Source: Thermoplasmatales archaeon SM1-50
GTDB taxonomy: Archaea > Thermoplasmatota > E2 > DHVEG-1
NCBI GenBank assembly: GCA_001595945.1
Contig: LSSI01000089.1
Coordinates: 453 to 64,452 of the forward strand
Reading direction: 5' to 3'
Length of the DNA stretch: 64,000 nucleotides
In this document: positions 10,695 through 19,234 of the stretch, piece after piece
Layout: each line of letters starts with the position of its first letter
Position numbering within the stretch: the first letter of the stretch is position 1
Position numbers and translations under genes: made by a program
Notes under the pieces: model-generated
Database searches by the model: none
What the model was told of the DNA's origin: nothing
The model's input: the letters and a program-made list of their open reading frames with translations, nothing else

Positions 10695-11153
10695 AATGTT
10701 ATATCTTTCTCTTTTTAGTATATATTATTTTTCATTAAAAATGCCAAAATGAAAAAATTACATAGAGGCGTGAGTTGTGAGGAGGTACCTCAAAAAAGGG
10801 AGATAGGATGCTTGGGGAGGAAGAGGTACCTCATGAACGTAGGAAGGACTGTTTGTTACTTTGGTTTTTTTTATTTAATGGGATGGGATGTGGGAAGAGA
10901 AGAGGAGAAATGACGCAGCTTAGTGTGTTGTGTAAAGGTGGTAAGCTCCCCCAGGCGGATGTTTGGATGGGTATGTATTGCCATAGGTTTCTTAGAGGAG
11001 AGTTCATGTTTTTATCCCTTCACCACTTTGCCATGCATTTCTGCCTAGCGATACCAGAATAATTTTTTTAGTATATATAATTTTCTTTTTATGCATAGCA
11101 AAACTGATTAGCAAAAACGAAATCCATAAAAAGCAAGGAACCATTCGACAGTC

Positions 11154-12086
11154 GTGGAAAACTACCAAGAAGAACTAGCAGAAATAAAAACCATTCTAAA
11201 GAATAATCCTAAGGGAATGACGGTAACGGATATCGCAAGACAAATGCACATCAATAGAAACTCAGTAGCAAAATATCTTGATATCCTGCTTATCTCAGGC
11301 CATACAGAAATGGTCACCTTCGGACCAGCAAAAGTATTTTTTCCTTCCTCTAGAATCCCTCTTGCAACACTTATGGATTTTACTCATGAATATATTGTGA
11401 TACTAGATAAACAATTAAAATTTTTACAGGTTAGCGAACCCCTCTTGCAATTCCTAGAGATACAACGCACCGAAATCATAGGGCGACCTATCGAGACCTT
11501 TTCTGTCTCTTTTTTTCAAATCCCTGAGCTAGCACATTATGCGAAGCAGGCACTTAGCGGAAAGGAGCGTACCATAGAAGAAAAATATAGACAAAACACT
11601 CATGACATCTACCTTAAAATAAGACATATCCCCACAACCTTCGACGATGGAGAGCCAGGGGTTATCCTTCTCATAGAAGATATCACAGATATAAAACAGA
11701 CTGAAGAAAAAATAAAACATGGAATCCAAGAATGGGAAACAACATTTAACGCAATAACAGAGATGGTATTCATTCAAGATAATAATTTTTCCATTCTGAA
11801 AGCGAATCGTTCTTTTGCCAATTTCCTTAATATAAAACCGGAAGAATGCATCGGGAAAAAATGCTATCAACTTTTGCATGGAACCCATACATCCTCTGAG
11901 TCCTGTCCTTGTGCAAGTATCCTTCAAACAAAAAAACCAACAACAGTTGAGGTCTTCGCATCCCATCTGCAGAAATATTTAGAAATATCGGCATCACCGA
12001 TTATTACTGATACTGGGGAGATGTCTGGCTCTGTTCATATTATAAGAGATATTACCGATAGGAAAATCTTTATAGCACAGCCGTAA
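11154..12086 (+). CDS. HTH (winged-helix) plus tandem PAS domain regulator
   Basis: GTG start. N-terminal wHTH (MTVTDIARQMHINRNSVAKYLDIL) and two PAS-like segments. The second PAS region is Cys-rich (HGTHTSSESCPCASIL). Confidence 0.6.
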   Translation: MENYQEELAEIKTILKNNPKGMTVTDIARQMHINRNSVAKYLDILLISGHTEMVTFGPAKVFFPSSRIPLATLMDFTHEYIVILDKQLKFLQVSEPLLQFLEIQRTEIIGRPIETFSVSFFQIPELAHYAKQALSGKERTIEEKYRQNTHDIYLKIRHIPTTFDDGEPGVILLIEDITDIKQTEEKIKHGIQEWETTFNAITEMVFIQDNNFSILKANRSFANFLNIKPEECIGKKCYQLLHGTHTSSESCPCASILQTKKPTTVEVFASHLQKYLEISASPIITDTGEMSGSVHIIRDITDRKIFIAQP

Positions 12087-12300
12087 ATCCCTCCTTACGT
12101 ATTTTATCATAAGTTCCTCTTAGAATTTCTCAGATCGAAATCAAGTTGAAAATATGAACAGCGATTTTTTTTTAATAAATCTAAAATTTGATCAATTTCT
12201 CTTCTTGTTTATAAACATGCTATAGTGACTCGTGCATATCTTTTTATATTCATCTTCAATTTATAATCATGAAGATAATCCAAATAGGGGATAAAAGACA

Positions 12301-13314
12301 ATGAAGAAGGAAACAGTAATCGTTATTATTGGCATATTACTCTTGGCGAGTTTGTTACCAATAAGCAAGGCAGATGTTCTTCCAGATCAATACATTGAAC
12401 AAAATAATGTAACTACATATAAATACCTAAGTGAAAATGAACTGATCATAACCTTTCACTTACCGGAGTTACTTCAACAACAGGTCATCACAGAGATTGG
12501 AGAGTTTACTACACTAGAGATACCCAATGCTGGATTTATTGGGAAAATTGGAACCCCACAATTACCTGCAGTGACACAATTCATTGCGATACCAACGTTT
12601 CAACTCTCGGTTCAAACCCTAGATGTTCATCTCATGGAAACCCGTCACATTGACCGGATCTATCCAATGCAAGGACCAGATCCTGATTGCGACTGTGGAG
12701 AAGACCCTGTATTTTACTTTGATGAATCAGCCTATCAAACAGACGTTACCTCACCTGAGAATCTCGTTGAACTATCAGACACTGGGAAGTTAAGAGATAT
12801 CCCGTTCATTAAAATCAGGTTTTATCCTATCCAATATAACCCGTTTCAAAAAACCGCCTTCATTTATGATTTTATCACAATTAAACTGACATTTGCTTCT
12901 CACGAGCCACTCAATGTCGAACCTAATTATTCAGAAAAACCATTTTATGAGTTATATAAAAACATATTTGACAACTGGCAGGGGTTCATCGAATATACTG
13001 TCTTCCAACAACCCGCCTCGACCTTAGAGAATGGATGTGACTATCTACTCATCACCCATCAGAATTATTATGATCAAGCAAAACAACTTGCTGATTGGAA
13101 ACATACGACTGGTCTGATGGCAAAAACAATAAACGTATCAGAGATTGGCACAACGTTTACCCAGATTCAGCAATATATTAAAAATGCATATGAAACATGG
13201 ACCCCCCGTCCTTCATATGTCCTTCTCTTTGGTGATGCAGAATTTATACCAGCCACATATGTGTATTATACATATACGGATCTCTGGTACGCCACTGTAA
13301 ATGGAACTGATTAG
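12301..13314 (+). CDS. Gingipain-like (C25) cysteine peptidase, N-terminal part (signal peptide and propeptide)
   Basis: Ends at an in-frame TAG (13312..13314), and the same frame continues into 13372..14802. Signal peptide. The C25 N-terminal region matches the paralogues (VLLFGDAEFIPA; DLWYATVNGTD-stop-YPDLFIGRIP vs DLYFADLYDS...DMYPEVYVGRLP). Confidence 0.6.
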   Translation: MKKETVIVIIGILLLASLLPISKADVLPDQYIEQNNVTTYKYLSENELIITFHLPELLQQQVITEIGEFTTLEIPNAGFIGKIGTPQLPAVTQFIAIPTFQLSVQTLDVHLMETRHIDRIYPMQGPDPDCDCGEDPVFYFDESAYQTDVTSPENLVELSDTGKLRDIPFIKIRFYPIQYNPFQKTAFIYDFITIKLTFASHEPLNVEPNYSEKPFYELYKNIFDNWQGFIEYTVFQQPASTLENGCDYLLITHQNYYDQAKQLADWKHTTGLMAKTINVSEIGTTFTQIQQYIKNAYETWTPRPSYVLLFGDAEFIPATYVYYTYTDLWYATVNGTD

Positions 13315-13371
13315 TACCCTGATCTGTTTATTGGAAGAATACCTGCGGATACTACCGACCAAGCAGAGATA

Positions 13372-14802
13372 ATGGTCCAAAAAATATTAACCTATGAACA
13401 GTCCCCTCCCACAGTATCTAGTTTTTATAACAATTTTGTTGTTGCTGCCTACTTCCAAGATGATAACAATGATCATTATGAGGATAGACGGTTCGTCCGC
13501 ACCTCTGAGGAAGTCAGAGATTATCTCAATTCGATAGGATATAACGGCCAAAGAATTTATTGTACTTCTCCTAGTATCAATCCAACAAATTATAACAATG
13601 GGTATTATGGACAGGGTGAACCGTTACCCGCTGAGCTTCTACGACCGACCTTTGCTTGGGATGGAGATGCTAATGATATCATCACCGCAATTAACCAGGG
13701 GATTTTCATATTAAATCACCGAGACCATGGTATGGAATCAGGATGGGGTGATCCCTATTTCACAACCTCTCATTTTACCAGCTTAACGAACGGAGATCTT
13801 CTACCTGTTGTATTTAGCCTTAATTGTTTAACAGGAAAGTTTACACCAGGCGAGTGTTTCGCTGAAGAATTTATCAGAAAATCCAATGGCGGAGCTGTCG
13901 CTGTCGTTGCTGCATCTGCGACCAGTTACAGCGGTTATAACGATTATCTCTGCAGAGGTCTATATGATGCGATATGGCCTGATTTTGACACGGGCGTCGG
14001 TACAGACGAGTCTTTGTATCATCTCGGTGCAATATTAAATTACGGAAAAGCCTATATGGCAGACACCTGGGGGGATCCATGGGGTTACGAACGCCTCACT
14101 TTTGAATTGTTCCATGTTTTCGGCGACCCAGCATTAGATATCTATACATCCCTCCCAGAAACGCTGGAGGTGAATTATACCTATTCTTCCAACCTGCTTC
14201 AAGTCACCGTACAAGGAAACGGGGTCCCAATCCATGGAGCTCGTGTTTGTATCAGCCAAGAAAGCGGCTATTATGAAGCAGCACTAACCGATACAGGCGG
14301 GCAAATCGAATTCGATATAACCGAGGCATCAACGATAGAACCGATGTCACTTGTTGTAACAGCCCATAATTATCTATACTATTCTGAGAGTTTCATGTTG
14401 AATCAAAAACCACAAAAACCAAACCGACCAGATGGTTCTACCGAGGGAAAACCGAACGTCGAATATATGTATAAAACATCAACTACTGATGTCGACGGTG
14501 ATCAACTCTATTTTAACTTTTCATGGGGCGACGGGTCATATAGTGGTTGGATAGGACCCTTTGATTCTGGTGTTGAGGCTGTCGCACGACACGCATGGAC
14601 TGAAAAAGGTACATATAACATTACAGTAAAAGCAAAAGACTCAAAAGGTGATGAAAGCGAATGGTCTGATCCACTTCCAGTTACCATGCCCATGAAATTC
14701 ATTTATTCCCATCCGATTCTCCAATGGATTTACCAAAGGATGCTCAACCGTTATCCTTTTGTAGGATTTGTGCTGGGAAGACTCTTAGAGCCCGTCCCTT
14801 AA
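13372..14802 (+). CDS. Gingipain-like (C25) cysteine peptidase, catalytic part plus C-terminal PKD-like module
   Basis: Same frame as 12301..13314. The homologous sequence actually resumes at 13315 (YPDLFIGRIP...), before the first ATG. Catalytic His/Cys contexts (ILNHRDHGMESGW; VVFSLNCLTGKF). C-terminal FNFSWGDG...VKAKDSKGDESEWS PKD-like domain and hydrophobic tail. Confidence 0.65.
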   Translation: MVQKILTYEQSPPTVSSFYNNFVVAAYFQDDNNDHYEDRRFVRTSEEVRDYLNSIGYNGQRIYCTSPSINPTNYNNGYYGQGEPLPAELLRPTFAWDGDANDIITAINQGIFILNHRDHGMESGWGDPYFTTSHFTSLTNGDLLPVVFSLNCLTGKFTPGECFAEEFIRKSNGGAVAVVAASATSYSGYNDYLCRGLYDAIWPDFDTGVGTDESLYHLGAILNYGKAYMADTWGDPWGYERLTFELFHVFGDPALDIYTSLPETLEVNYTYSSNLLQVTVQGNGVPIHGARVCISQESGYYEAALTDTGGQIEFDITEASTIEPMSLVVTAHNYLYYSESFMLNQKPQKPNRPDGSTEGKPNVEYMYKTSTTDVDGDQLYFNFSWGDGSYSGWIGPFDSGVEAVARHAWTEKGTYNITVKAKDSKGDESEWSDPLPVTMPMKFIYSHPILQWIYQRMLNRYPFVGFVLGRLLEPVP

Positions 14803-14830
14803 TACAAACAAAGTGATGATCGACATCTGT

Positions 14831-15112
14831 TTACGGTAGTTTAATGATAGTCAGAAGCTTAAGTGTAACTAATACAATCAAGGTCAGAATTGAATTTGTT
14901 TTTAAATCAAAGACCTTTACCCATTCAAGTAAGGCGATGATGACATAGGATAGAATAAGTAGTAACACCAATTGGAGAGAAATCATACCAACGATCTCGG
15001 GAAGCGTTGGCTGCGTTTTATTTAAAATAAATTCCCATATGGTTGCAAAAAAGGCTAACAATCCTATTGTAATTTGTGCTTTTGTAATCTCTCGCATCGA
15101 TATTGTCAGCAC
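14831..15112 (-). CDS. Small hypothetical membrane protein
   Basis: 93 aa with 2-3 predicted TM helices, 22 nt downstream of pcp on the same strand. Weak call. Confidence 0.25.
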   Translation of the reverse strand: MLTISMREITKAQITIGLLAFFATIWEFILNKTQPTLPEIVGMISLQLVLLLILSYVIIALLEWVKVFDLKTNSILTLIVLVTLKLLTIIKLP

Positions 15113-15133
15113 GTATTTCTTTATAAAGATTAT

Positions 15134-15844
15134 TCAAATGAGCTCTGTTCCCTTCCCTCTGTATCCGAGACTTATCTGAATTGCTATTTCCACGGCGTCG
15201 ACCATTGTCTCAAGTGGCATTCCTTTGGGATCTTGTGTCTGCAACAACGGAACACGGATAAAACCTATTGTTGTATTGATGTTCTGATTCTTGACATATC
15301 CTAATACTCCATAAAACAACGCATTGCAGACATACAAGCCAGCACAAAAACTCTGCTGTGTAGGAATATTTGCTTGCCGTATTTTCCAGACAATTACATT
15401 TGTACGAAGAGGCGAGATGCGAAAGAACGAGCCGTATTTCTCAATCCGCTGTGGGAATGACCAGGTTCCATCATCTTTTGGGGATCGTTTGAGATTGATA
15501 CCGATTTTTTCAACTGAAATTACCTTGGAACGTGCAGCAAGTCCAAGGCTTATTACTACATCTGGTTGATACTGTTCTATCGCCTCTATCGTATTCTTTA
15601 CAGATCTGTTGAAATCAACCGGTAAGATTAGTCCGATGATTTCTGCATTATATAGGAGCGACCCATTAAGCGTTTCAGCAATTAACTGAGATGGATTTGT
15701 CGAATACGAATCAAACGGTTCAAGCCCTGTTACAAGAACGACTTTTTCGCCAGAGGCATTGCACATTACAAAAGGAAGCACCAGCAGTACAAATCCAACG
15801 ATGCATATTCCTGTCAACAGTCTCATTATATTTTTATATAGCAT
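15134..15844 (-). CDS. pcp: Pyroglutamyl peptidase I (C15) with N-terminal signal/TM segment
   Basis: VLVTGLEPFDSYSTNPS and CAGLYVCNALFYG match PCP motifs (catalytic Cys in GxxVCN). Unusual hydrophobic N-terminus (LLTGICIVGFVLLVLPFVMCNASG). Confidence 0.75.
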   Translation of the reverse strand: MLYKNIMRLLTGICIVGFVLLVLPFVMCNASGEKVVLVTGLEPFDSYSTNPSQLIAETLNGSLLYNAEIIGLILPVDFNRSVKNTIEAIEQYQPDVVISLGLAARSKVISVEKIGINLKRSPKDDGTWSFPQRIEKYGSFFRISPLRTNVIVWKIRQANIPTQQSFCAGLYVCNALFYGVLGYVKNQNINTTIGFIRVPLLQTQDPKGMPLETMVDAVEIAIQISLGYRGKGTELI

Positions 15845-15870
15845 TTTGCTATAAAACCATTCCTCTCTTA

Positions 15871-17169
15871 TTACGATTTATATGAAGTAGCATAGGAGAG
15901 CATAAAAATATCCATTTCATCATATGCCATTTTTCCTGATGTTGTATAGGCGTACACATTAAAAATATGCCTTCCGTTGATAGGATAAAACCATCCTTTT
16001 ATCGTCCATTCATAAGGTGGCTCTGAATCCCAAACCATGAAATATCCATCGATACAGAAGATTACGTATTTTATCGATTCTTCAGAGAAAACCTCAACAC
16101 TAGCAACCGTTCTTCCTCCAAGAATAATTGTCAAACCTCGTAACCCAGCAAAGTATTTTTTTCCAAAGGAACTTTCAAAAAAAACACGTTTAAAAAGATA
16201 CGTATATCCCTCATAGGGCTGCTGTATGATTACTTGAATATCAATTGGTTTTTGTACGATTTCGACTGTAATGGCAAGCATCAATTTGGTTGCCTTCACA
16301 TAATAGGACCAATTCAAACGGTCAGATGTATCATTAGGCGAATGACCCCAAGCATAACCATCCTGATGCGCAATCCACACACCATCATACCCGTAATCAA
16401 CAAAAGCCTGATTATCAGCACCGCGATACCCCGGCAGTATATCGACCTTCATGTCAATGAGATCATTGTATTTCTGACTAATCATAGATGCGTAATCCGC
16501 AATCCAGATGGATCGTTCTGGTGGGAAAAACCGCAGGATCCTTCCCCCTTCTGTTGTGCTTGCGTAACCGATCATGTCCATGTTAAGCACTGCAACGATG
16601 TTATCCCCGCGGTGCGATGCATCTCGTGCGTAGATAAAACTCCCATATGTTCCAACTTCCTCCCCTGAAAACGTGATGAACCGAATCGTATGATTAAACT
16701 CATAGTTACTAAGGACAGACGCAATTGCAAGAACCGCTGCTGTACCAGAACCATCATCATCTGCGCCAGGGGATCCTGCGACGGTATCATAATGACCACA
16801 TAGGATATATTCCGCTGTGTTATTCAGATCGGTCCCATAATGCGTCGCAACAACATTCTTACTCTGAAAACCTCCATAGCGCCATTCATGGAATTCGACT
16901 TCAAGCCCCATCTTTTGAAATGATGTATAGATATATTGTGCAGCAAGGGTACAATTGATTGACCCGGTATAGCGAGGTCCGAACCTCAACAATCCTTCAT
17001 GGTACTTGGATAACAATGTTTCATCGATATGGTTAATCATCTCGATGATCATGGTATCATCTCTGGATGACGATACTCCGTCTGATTTCAGGTCATGTGC
17101 TTGTGTAGGCAGAGTTGATAATGCAAGAAGAAGTGTAATTGTTATGAGAATAAATAGTACTTTTTCCAT
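15871..17169 (-). CDS. Secreted M28-family aminopeptidase
   Basis: Signal peptide. HYDTVAGSPGADDDGSGTAAVLAIA and FSGEEVGTYGS zinc-site motifs. 27 nt upstream of pcp on the same strand. Confidence 0.85.
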   Translation of the reverse strand: MEKVLFILITITLLLALSTLPTQAHDLKSDGVSSSRDDTMIIEMINHIDETLLSKYHEGLLRFGPRYTGSINCTLAAQYIYTSFQKMGLEVEFHEWRYGGFQSKNVVATHYGTDLNNTAEYILCGHYDTVAGSPGADDDGSGTAAVLAIASVLSNYEFNHTIRFITFSGEEVGTYGSFIYARDASHRGDNIVAVLNMDMIGYASTTEGGRILRFFPPERSIWIADYASMISQKYNDLIDMKVDILPGYRGADNQAFVDYGYDGVWIAHQDGYAWGHSPNDTSDRLNWSYYVKATKLMLAITVEIVQKPIDIQVIIQQPYEGYTYLFKRVFFESSFGKKYFAGLRGLTIILGGRTVASVEVFSEESIKYVIFCIDGYFMVWDSEPPYEWTIKGWFYPINGRHIFNVYAYTTSGKMAYDEMDIFMLSYATSYKS

Positions 17170-17249
17170 ACGAATCTTCCTTAATGAAATGATTTACTTT
17201 TATTATATAAATATTTCTAAATAAAATTTTTAAAGATAGAGAAAAAATA

Positions 17250-19133
17250 TTAGGAGGGATATCCTCCTATGTGAAGACTGGGGTCGCCGAGCAGCGCCCA
17301 TTGTTGTACAATCTTACAATCGGTTTGATCCTGCATTGGTGGATGCTCATGCATATAATAGATGATATCTTTCGCATGTGTTTCCCCAAGATTGACCTTA
17401 CCGTCCTTATACGCCTTGAAGAATAACCATTCCAAATGTCGTCCTCGTTGCGTTAACGTCTGCTCACCTGGTTCCCCGTATCCAAGGCCCGTATTTGCAA
17501 TAACAGCGATAGCACCACCTTTCTTATGACTTGCCATAGCCCATGCCCAGCAACGGGGAATCCATTCATAATACCAGAATTTCCCATAAGGTCGAGTTGA
17601 ATTAAAATAAGAGAGTCCGTCATCCAGTATCCCTTTGATTATGTTGAAAAGGCTAGTATTAAATTGAGAGTTATGACACCCGCCAACGATAACGATTGGT
17701 TGCTTGTCGCCATTGGTAAGCTTTTTCATCTGAAATGCATTCGGACCGTTTACCCACGATTCATTCATTGGAGGATGATTCGACCATACCAGGGGACTTC
17801 CATGACCAGAGAAATGAACAAACCCACAGCCTTTGCTAATCTCATCAATCACTGAATCAGCATTGATAAATCGATCATTGGATGTCCAAAGCATTGAGGC
17901 CTGAAACCCAAGACTTTCTATCTCTTGAAACGATGCGTTCGTCGCCATCTCACCTTCATAATAGGGATCATTGGAAGCTGGATAGGTATCACCAGCAACG
18001 CCAACAAAAGTCTTGAACCATTCAGATCCATTAGTCGAGGTTTCATAGGTAATGATTTTTTCCACCATAATTCTCACTTGGAGGACACTGGTGCAAGGGA
18101 GACGACCGACATATACCTCTGGGTACATATCAAGGACGTCCTTTCTTTGACTATTCCATTCAGCGAAAATACCATTATTATCTGAATCCCAACTAGAGAA
18201 GCTTCCGTTGCTATCGTATAGATCAGCAAAATACAGGTCAATGAGATACGAACCTTCTCCACCATCGTTGAGTTGCGAGTATCGGACCGGCACCCACCAT
18301 TTTTCCTGTTTAATACCACCGTTTCTTCCACCAACCAAAAGGACGTATTTGGTTTCCCATTGGTCAAAGGCGTTCTTGATAAAATATTTCATCTCCTCAG
18401 CGCAATCCCGACCTTGCACTGGGAAATAGGCGCTGTCACAGATCTCCTCATGTGTCACCAGTTTTGTTGTAAGCCCATGATTTATTTTATGAGTGACTAG
18501 CGGCTCTACCACTTGAGAGAATGCTTTTGGGGCGATAATAACAAGCTCGTATTGATCAAAGGTTGTGGTCTGTCGTGGTTCTGGGGTTTTGTACGATATC
18601 CTGACATGTGCATTTTGTGAATAACGAAGGATATTATCAGAAGGAAGATACTGAATTGGATACAAATGAATCGCTACAAAAGTAGTCAGTGAATCTCCGT
18701 CTCTTCCAGCCGCGATATGATAGCTAAAGGATCGCTCTGGGCAGATAGTGGAAGAGGCGGTTTGAGGAGATAGAATGAGTGGTTCTTTTAGGTTATCCGG
18801 AAGTGCTTGTGGAGTGACCTTAAGTGGTTTTACTATAGTGGTTTCTTGTTCCCCTGAAAAACGTACAGTAATTTTTGTTATTTTGGTTAAAAAAGGGAAT
18901 GTATACACACGGGTCACGACCGGTAAAACATAACTTCTTGGCGTTGTCAGATAGGAGGTTGCTTCGGGAAGATACACATTGGTATAATCTTGTTCCTCAG
19001 TTAATTGCACGGATGAGAATAAGAAGATGTCTTTTTTTTCCATATTGTTCTGGTCTGTAAATGAAAAGGCAACAGCCCCATATCCGCTCAAAATTACTAT
19101 CGCTACAATTACACCTGTTAGACTTTTCTTCAT
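17250..19133 (-). CDS. Secreted C25-like (gingipain-fold) clan CD peptidase paralogue
   Basis: Signal peptide. Propeptide-like block FPVQGRDCAEEMKYFIKNAFDQW, DLYFADLYDS...YPEVYVGRLP, and His/Cys contexts FVHFSGHGSP and IVIVGGCHNSQFN. Confidence 0.6.
   Translation of the reverse strand: MKKSLTGVIVAIVILSGYGAVAFSFTDQNNMEKKDIFLFSSVQLTEEQDYTNVYLPEATSYLTTPRSYVLPVVTRVYTFPFLTKITKITVRFSGEQETTIVKPLKVTPQALPDNLKEPLILSPQTASSTICPERSFSYHIAAGRDGDSLTTFVAIHLYPIQYLPSDNILRYSQNAHVRISYKTPEPRQTTTFDQYELVIIAPKAFSQVVEPLVTHKINHGLTTKLVTHEEICDSAYFPVQGRDCAEEMKYFIKNAFDQWETKYVLLVGGRNGGIKQEKWWVPVRYSQLNDGGEGSYLIDLYFADLYDSNGSFSSWDSDNNGIFAEWNSQRKDVLDMYPEVYVGRLPCTSVLQVRIMVEKIITYETSTNGSEWFKTFVGVAGDTYPASNDPYYEGEMATNASFQEIESLGFQASMLWTSNDRFINADSVIDEISKGCGFVHFSGHGSPLVWSNHPPMNESWVNGPNAFQMKKLTNGDKQPIVIVGGCHNSQFNTSLFNIIKGILDDGLSYFNSTRPYGKFWYYEWIPRCWAWAMASHKKGGAIAVIANTGLGYGEPGEQTLTQRGRHLEWLFFKAYKDGKVNLGETHAKDIIYYMHEHPPMQDQTDCKIVQQWALLGDPSLHIGGYPS
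18151..18429. repeat. Near-identical DNA tracts shared with paralogue at 24474..24759
   Basis: 18151..18240 vs 24474..24563 differ at about 8 of 90 nt. 18356..18429 vs 24686..24759 are a 74-nt exact match. Flanking paralogue sequence is much more diverged. Confidence 0.8.
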
Positions 19134-19234
19134 AGAATATCCCCTATTTTATTAAAAATATAGTCCTTGTTGGATATTTAAACCTTTGTAAGCGAAAGCA
19201 GGTAAAATAATAAAAGAAATGAAAAAAAGAGGTG

